Below are positions 60,189 to 64,000 of a stretch of 64,000 nucleotides of DNA, piece by piece; positions within the stretch are counted from its first letter, which is position 1, and the number at the start of each line of letters is the position of its first letter. This DNA comes from Spirochaetota bacterium (GTDB taxonomy: Bacteria; Spirochaetota; UBA4802; UBA5550). The stretch covers positions 2,496,001 to 2,560,000 of the forward strand of contig OY760686.1 in assembly GCA_963663865.1 (NCBI GenBank), read 5' to 3'. The position numbers were made by a program, and so were the translations under genes. Below the pieces are notes generated by a model. It did no database searches. It was given only the letters and a program-made list of their open reading frames with translations, and had not been told where the DNA came from.

Positions 60189-62171
60189 ATGTCAGGTGGA
60201 TCAATCACAGCAACAGGCCCTGAAAGAGTAAAAAAGCATTCAGGCAAGGTTCTGCTTCCTTCAGCCGCACTTCTGCTCGCCTCAACCGGGACAACATTTG
60301 TTACCACGGGCTACTTTATATCATCATTCAGAGACATAGCTGCGGGCGCTATTTTACTATTGATGTCAATCCTCACCATAGCCGTGATAAGGACTGCGGT
60401 CAGCCGGCTTATATTTACAGGGTTTATAATTGCATTTTCAGCAGCATCGTTTATTTCTGCAAGGTCAGAAATTTTGCCCAACTCAATAATTGACAGCTAT
60501 CCTACTGAAGGGCTCATTCAGGATGTCTCCGCTAAACTAAACTCGTACAATATCACCGCCACCATTTTCCCTCAGGGCCATGAGAATGGAGGTATATGCG
60601 CCCTTATAACCTATACCGGCTCCTGCATTCCTGTTAACGGCGAAAGGTTCAGCTTCAGCGCCCGTATCAGAAAAATCAATAACACAAATAATTCTCCCGC
60701 TGAAATCATGCTCATGAGACGGGGGATATTCTTCCGCATTTACTGCAGCGACAGGGATATCAAGTTCCACCCTTCGGATGAATCTGCTCCGGTTGAGACT
60801 TTTCGCAATAAACTCCGCCTGCGGTTAGACTCGCTTTTCCGGGCCGATATAGCAAGCTTGCTGAAAGGTCTGTTTTTCGGCAATATATCGATAATTCAGC
60901 CGAAAATTGTACACAGGTACAGAATATGCGGCCTGATACATCTCCTGGCAGCGAGCGGGCTGCACGTCGGAATAGCCGCGGCCCTTCCTCTTCTGCTTCT
61001 GGGTTTTCTCGGCGCCGGGAAAAGAGCCATCCTAATTGGCGCTTCTCTGGCACTTACATTTTACGTGGCTATAACCGATTTACCCCCATCTCTTTTCAGG
61101 GCATATATTATGTTCTGCACCCATACCGCGCAGGTGCTTTTAGGACGCGAAGAAAATCCATTCAACTCCCTTTATCTCTCCGCGCTGGTGATAGTTCTAA
61201 TAAGACCTCAGGATATTTATTCACCGGGCTTCCACATGAGCGTTTCAGCGGTCTGGGGCATTCTGTTTTTTCAGCCCCGATACATGTCACTTATGAAATC
61301 ATTCCCTGCTTTCCTGGCATCCCCTCTCTCGGTAACCTTATCCGCACAGTTCCTTATCGTGCCAATAATTGCCCTAATTTTCGGTGAAATCAATCTCACA
61401 GGGATTTTTACCAACCTTCTAATGGTACCTCTTGTCACTCTATTGCTTGCACTCTCAGCATTCACTGTAGCGGCCTCCTCGATACTTCCGGTACTGGCAT
61501 CTATACTGGTAAAATCCGTTACATCATTGTATGAATTGTCTGACGGTATACTGGAGGTCCTATGCAGCGCGAAGGGTCATTTCAGTCTTTCGGGAGGGCT
61601 TCACCTCCTGATTCCTCAGATTCTTTTTATCACAGCAGCACTTTTAGCCGGAAAGCTCAGATTCTGTTCACGCTTACTGCTGGCAACCGGCATTTTTATA
61701 TCGATACTGATAACCTCAACAGCAAGCATAAACACAGAGCAAATGCCCCGGATATCAGGTAACGACGACAAAGCCGGGATTCTATATGTACGCGGCAAAA
61801 CGGCATACTACTCCGGCCCGCTTAAAGACTATTCATCTGCCCGTGAAATTGAAGACTTCTTCAGGTACTCCGGCTGTACGAGCATAGAGATTAATCTTGA
61901 AGACAGCAGCTTCAGCTCGATAAGCCAGGCGGCGAGACTCAGCTCAAGAATACCTGTAACGAGACTCATAGTTCCTCCGCAATATATTCCTGACAGAGGA
62001 GCAAAATCCGTCTTCAACTCGTTTATACGCTCCGGCACCATGATTGAATCTGCGGATAAAAGCAGTTTCCTGCAAGCCCGCAAAATAAGAAAAGCAGCCC
62101 GTATTTATATTGACTACTCTGAAGCAATTGACTATATGTATGGAATATTCAGATGGGATACGATTAACTAA
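60189..62171 (+). CDS. comEC: ComEC/Rec2 competence protein
   Basis: GLIHLLAASGLHVG, PSLFRA, PGFHMS, NLLMVP. Confidence 0.88.
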   Translation: MSGGSITATGPERVKKHSGKVLLPSAALLLASTGTTFVTTGYFISSFRDIAAGAILLLMSILTIAVIRTAVSRLIFTGFIIAFSAASFISARSEILPNSIIDSYPTEGLIQDVSAKLNSYNITATIFPQGHENGGICALITYTGSCIPVNGERFSFSARIRKINNTNNSPAEIMLMRRGIFFRIYCSDRDIKFHPSDESAPVETFRNKLRLRLDSLFRADIASLLKGLFFGNISIIQPKIVHRYRICGLIHLLAASGLHVGIAAALPLLLLGFLGAGKRAILIGASLALTFYVAITDLPPSLFRAYIMFCTHTAQVLLGREENPFNSLYLSALVIVLIRPQDIYSPGFHMSVSAVWGILFFQPRYMSLMKSFPAFLASPLSVTLSAQFLIVPIIALIFGEINLTGIFTNLLMVPLVTLLLALSAFTVAASSILPVLASILVKSVTSLYELSDGILEVLCSAKGHFSLSGGLHLLIPQILFITAALLAGKLRFCSRLLLATGIFISILITSTASINTEQMPRISGNDDKAGILYVRGKTAYYSGPLKDYSSAREIEDFFRYSGCTSIEINLEDSSFSSISQAARLSSRIPVTRLIVPPQYIPDRGAKSVFNSFIRSGTMIESADKSSFLQARKIRKAARIYIDYSEAIDYMYGIFRWDTIN

Positions 62172-62238
62172 TTATCAGGACAACCGGATACTGTTCCGGT
62201 TCACTCAGCCGCGCAATCAGGAAATTATGCGAGGGATA

Positions 62239-63780
62239 ATGTCAGGAACTAATCCAACAGAAAGCCCGGCTTCACTTGACAACAGCTCTAACAGATCAGA
62301 CCAGGATGAATTTGTATCAGCTGTGCTTAATGGAAAACAGGCTGCGTTCCGTTTTACGTTTCCAGGAGATACAGTTCTTTCCACGATTAACTCGTCTATT
62401 GCAAGGCTTCTCGCCAGGGACGACAAAGCCTTCCTGCTTGATACTGTAATTACCATTCTCCGTGAAATGATACTAAACGCCGTAAAAGCCAACGCTAAAC
62501 GTCAGTTCTTCGACAGACTCGACCTCGACATTAACGACAGCAGAATATACAACAGCGGCATGAGAATTTTCAAAGATTCAATCATCGGAGATCTGATTTC
62601 AATACGCGAGGAAATCGAAACAGCCCCATACAATGTAACACTCAGAATCAAAAAGGATGAGAGCGGTATAACTATTTCGGTAACAAATAATATCTCAATT
62701 CTTCCAGACGAACTTGACCGAATTCGTGAAAGGATTCAAAGCGGTATATCCAGCAGCGATTTCAATTCTTCATACGAAGAGGTTTATGACCCAACCGAAG
62801 GGGCCGGACTTGGAATACTCCTTATTATTCTTCTTTTGAGGAATGCAGGGATAAAGCCAAACAATTACACCATATTAAATAAGCAAAAAAGCTTCACCAG
62901 TCAAATAAAGATACCGGAAATTATACGCCCGGTTGAAATCCAGACTGAGATCAAAAAACAAATACTTCGAGACGTCGAGTTTCTTCCGGCCTTTCCGGAA
63001 AACATCCTCCAGATTCAGGCGCTATGCAATAACCCCGAATCAACTATTGACCAGATAGCCTCAAAAATTGTTATTGATCCCTCACTGACTGCGGACGTTC
63101 TAAGAATATCAAATTCAGCCGGGTTTATAACAGGCAAGCGTATTAAAAATATCAACGAAGCTATAATGCTAATAGGCCTCCGAAACCTTAATTCAATTCT
63201 TACTGCGGCCGCTGCGAGAAAAATACTGGATACTCGCTTTCGAAAGTTTGAACAGATATGGCAGCACTGCAACAAGGTTGCTTTCTATTCGCGGGGGCTT
63301 GCTGCGGCCCTTGGACTTAACGGAATAGTAGACCATGTTTTTATATCGGGCCTTCTCCACGATATCGGGAAAATAGTGCTTCTTTCGACGGACCAGACTC
63401 TCCTCAACAGGCTGTCTGAAATCGTAGCCGATAAAAAGATACGGTCCTCGACTATTCTTGAAGAAATCAGCATTGGTATAAGCCATTCTTCTATCGGGGC
63501 CCTAATAGCAAACAAGTGGAATTTTCCCGACTACCTTATTGACGCGATAAACTACCATCACAGCCCTCTCGATGCCGAAGAAAGCTATGCGCCCATCGTT
63601 GCGATAGTATATTCCGCCAATCTTTTCGCCGGTATTGAATCACGTAAATACGCTTTCACTTACATGGAAAATGAAATTCTTGACAGATACTTCCGTCCTC
63701 ATAATCATAAGCCTGAAGAACTGTTCGAAAAACTCAGATCTGCATACCTTAACCACGCTATAACGATTCAGGCCCTTTAG
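62239..63780 (+). CDS. HATPase-like + HDOD domain signalling protein
   Basis: REMILNAVKAN and GAGLG, then LPAFP...DPSLTADVLRISNSA...LLHDIGK...W.FP...YHH; start moved to 62239. Confidence 0.88.
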   Translation: MSGTNPTESPASLDNSSNRSDQDEFVSAVLNGKQAAFRFTFPGDTVLSTINSSIARLLARDDKAFLLDTVITILREMILNAVKANAKRQFFDRLDLDINDSRIYNSGMRIFKDSIIGDLISIREEIETAPYNVTLRIKKDESGITISVTNNISILPDELDRIRERIQSGISSSDFNSSYEEVYDPTEGAGLGILLIILLLRNAGIKPNNYTILNKQKSFTSQIKIPEIIRPVEIQTEIKKQILRDVEFLPAFPENILQIQALCNNPESTIDQIASKIVIDPSLTADVLRISNSAGFITGKRIKNINEAIMLIGLRNLNSILTAAAARKILDTRFRKFEQIWQHCNKVAFYSRGLAAALGLNGIVDHVFISGLLHDIGKIVLLSTDQTLLNRLSEIVADKKIRSSTILEEISIGISHSSIGALIANKWNFPDYLIDAINYHHSPLDAEESYAPIVAIVYSANLFAGIESRKYAFTYMENEILDRYFRPHNHKPEELFEKLRSAYLNHAITIQAL

Positions 63781-63798
63781 CTTTTTTCCGGAGCTCTT

Positions 63799-64000
63799 AT
63801 GAATAAACTCTACTTAATTGAAACAAGAAGCGGGCATAAAACGGCTGTTGTTCGGGGCTTCCGCCTCCACTCAGCCTACGACCCGGTCAAAGAAGCGCAG
63901 CGTGCTACAGACTCGTTCGATCCAGGAAGATCGTCAATTATTCTCGTATCCGGCGCAGGACTGGGATTCCATGTAAGCGCCCTTAAAAACAGGTTTCCTC
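63799..64000 (+). CDS. Maf/MptE-like (motility-associated factor) protein, 5' part
   Basis: Manual translation MNKLYLIETRSGHKTAVVRGFRLHSAYDPVKEA...GAGLGFHV; the LHSxYDPxxEA and GxGLGxH motifs match the Maf N-terminus; runs off the window. Confidence 0.7.
   Translation, partial: MNKLYLIETRSGHKTAVVRGFRLHSAYDPVKEAQRATDSFDPGRSSIILVSGAGLGFHVSALKNRFP

Overview
A gene-dense 64 kb chromosomal segment with no mobile element, CRISPR array or rRNA. By gene content and synteny it is most likely from a Spirochaetota bacterium related to Leptospirae, possibly anaerobic or microaerophilic (inference: dapA-dapB next to a small lipoprotein, rho-rpmE, mfd followed by a LipL31/SurA-N-like lipoprotein, HATPase-HDOD fusion, flavodiiron protein). 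Core genes are tRNA-Ala(GGC), greA, an M16 peptidase pair, lgt, rpmE, rho, dapAB, rsmE, aroA/aroH, thiC, zupT, pyrG, mfd, a lolA-like gene and comEC. Three accessory modules stand out. (1) 1-8.2 kb: a same-strand cluster of apparent pseudoenzymes, made of two membrane-anchored TPR + Mrr-like nuclease-fold paralogs, a cNMP-binding/ParA-like/patatin-like triple fusion with every catalytic motif eroded, a STAS protein, a glycoside-hydrolase-like protein and a ParB-N gene, with a sigma-28-like promoter. (2) 30.3-42.3 kb: an amino-sugar modification cluster (WbqC, GT2-methyltransferase fusion, acetyltransferase, propeller glycosidase, two methyltransferases, WecE), with a GT-C membrane protein nearby. 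(3) Inside cluster 2, an ECF sigma / membrane anti-sigma-like / CsgG-beta-barrel operon divergent from a cadherin-like + 14-blade propeller lipoprotein. All calls come from reading motifs by eye; no database searches were run.
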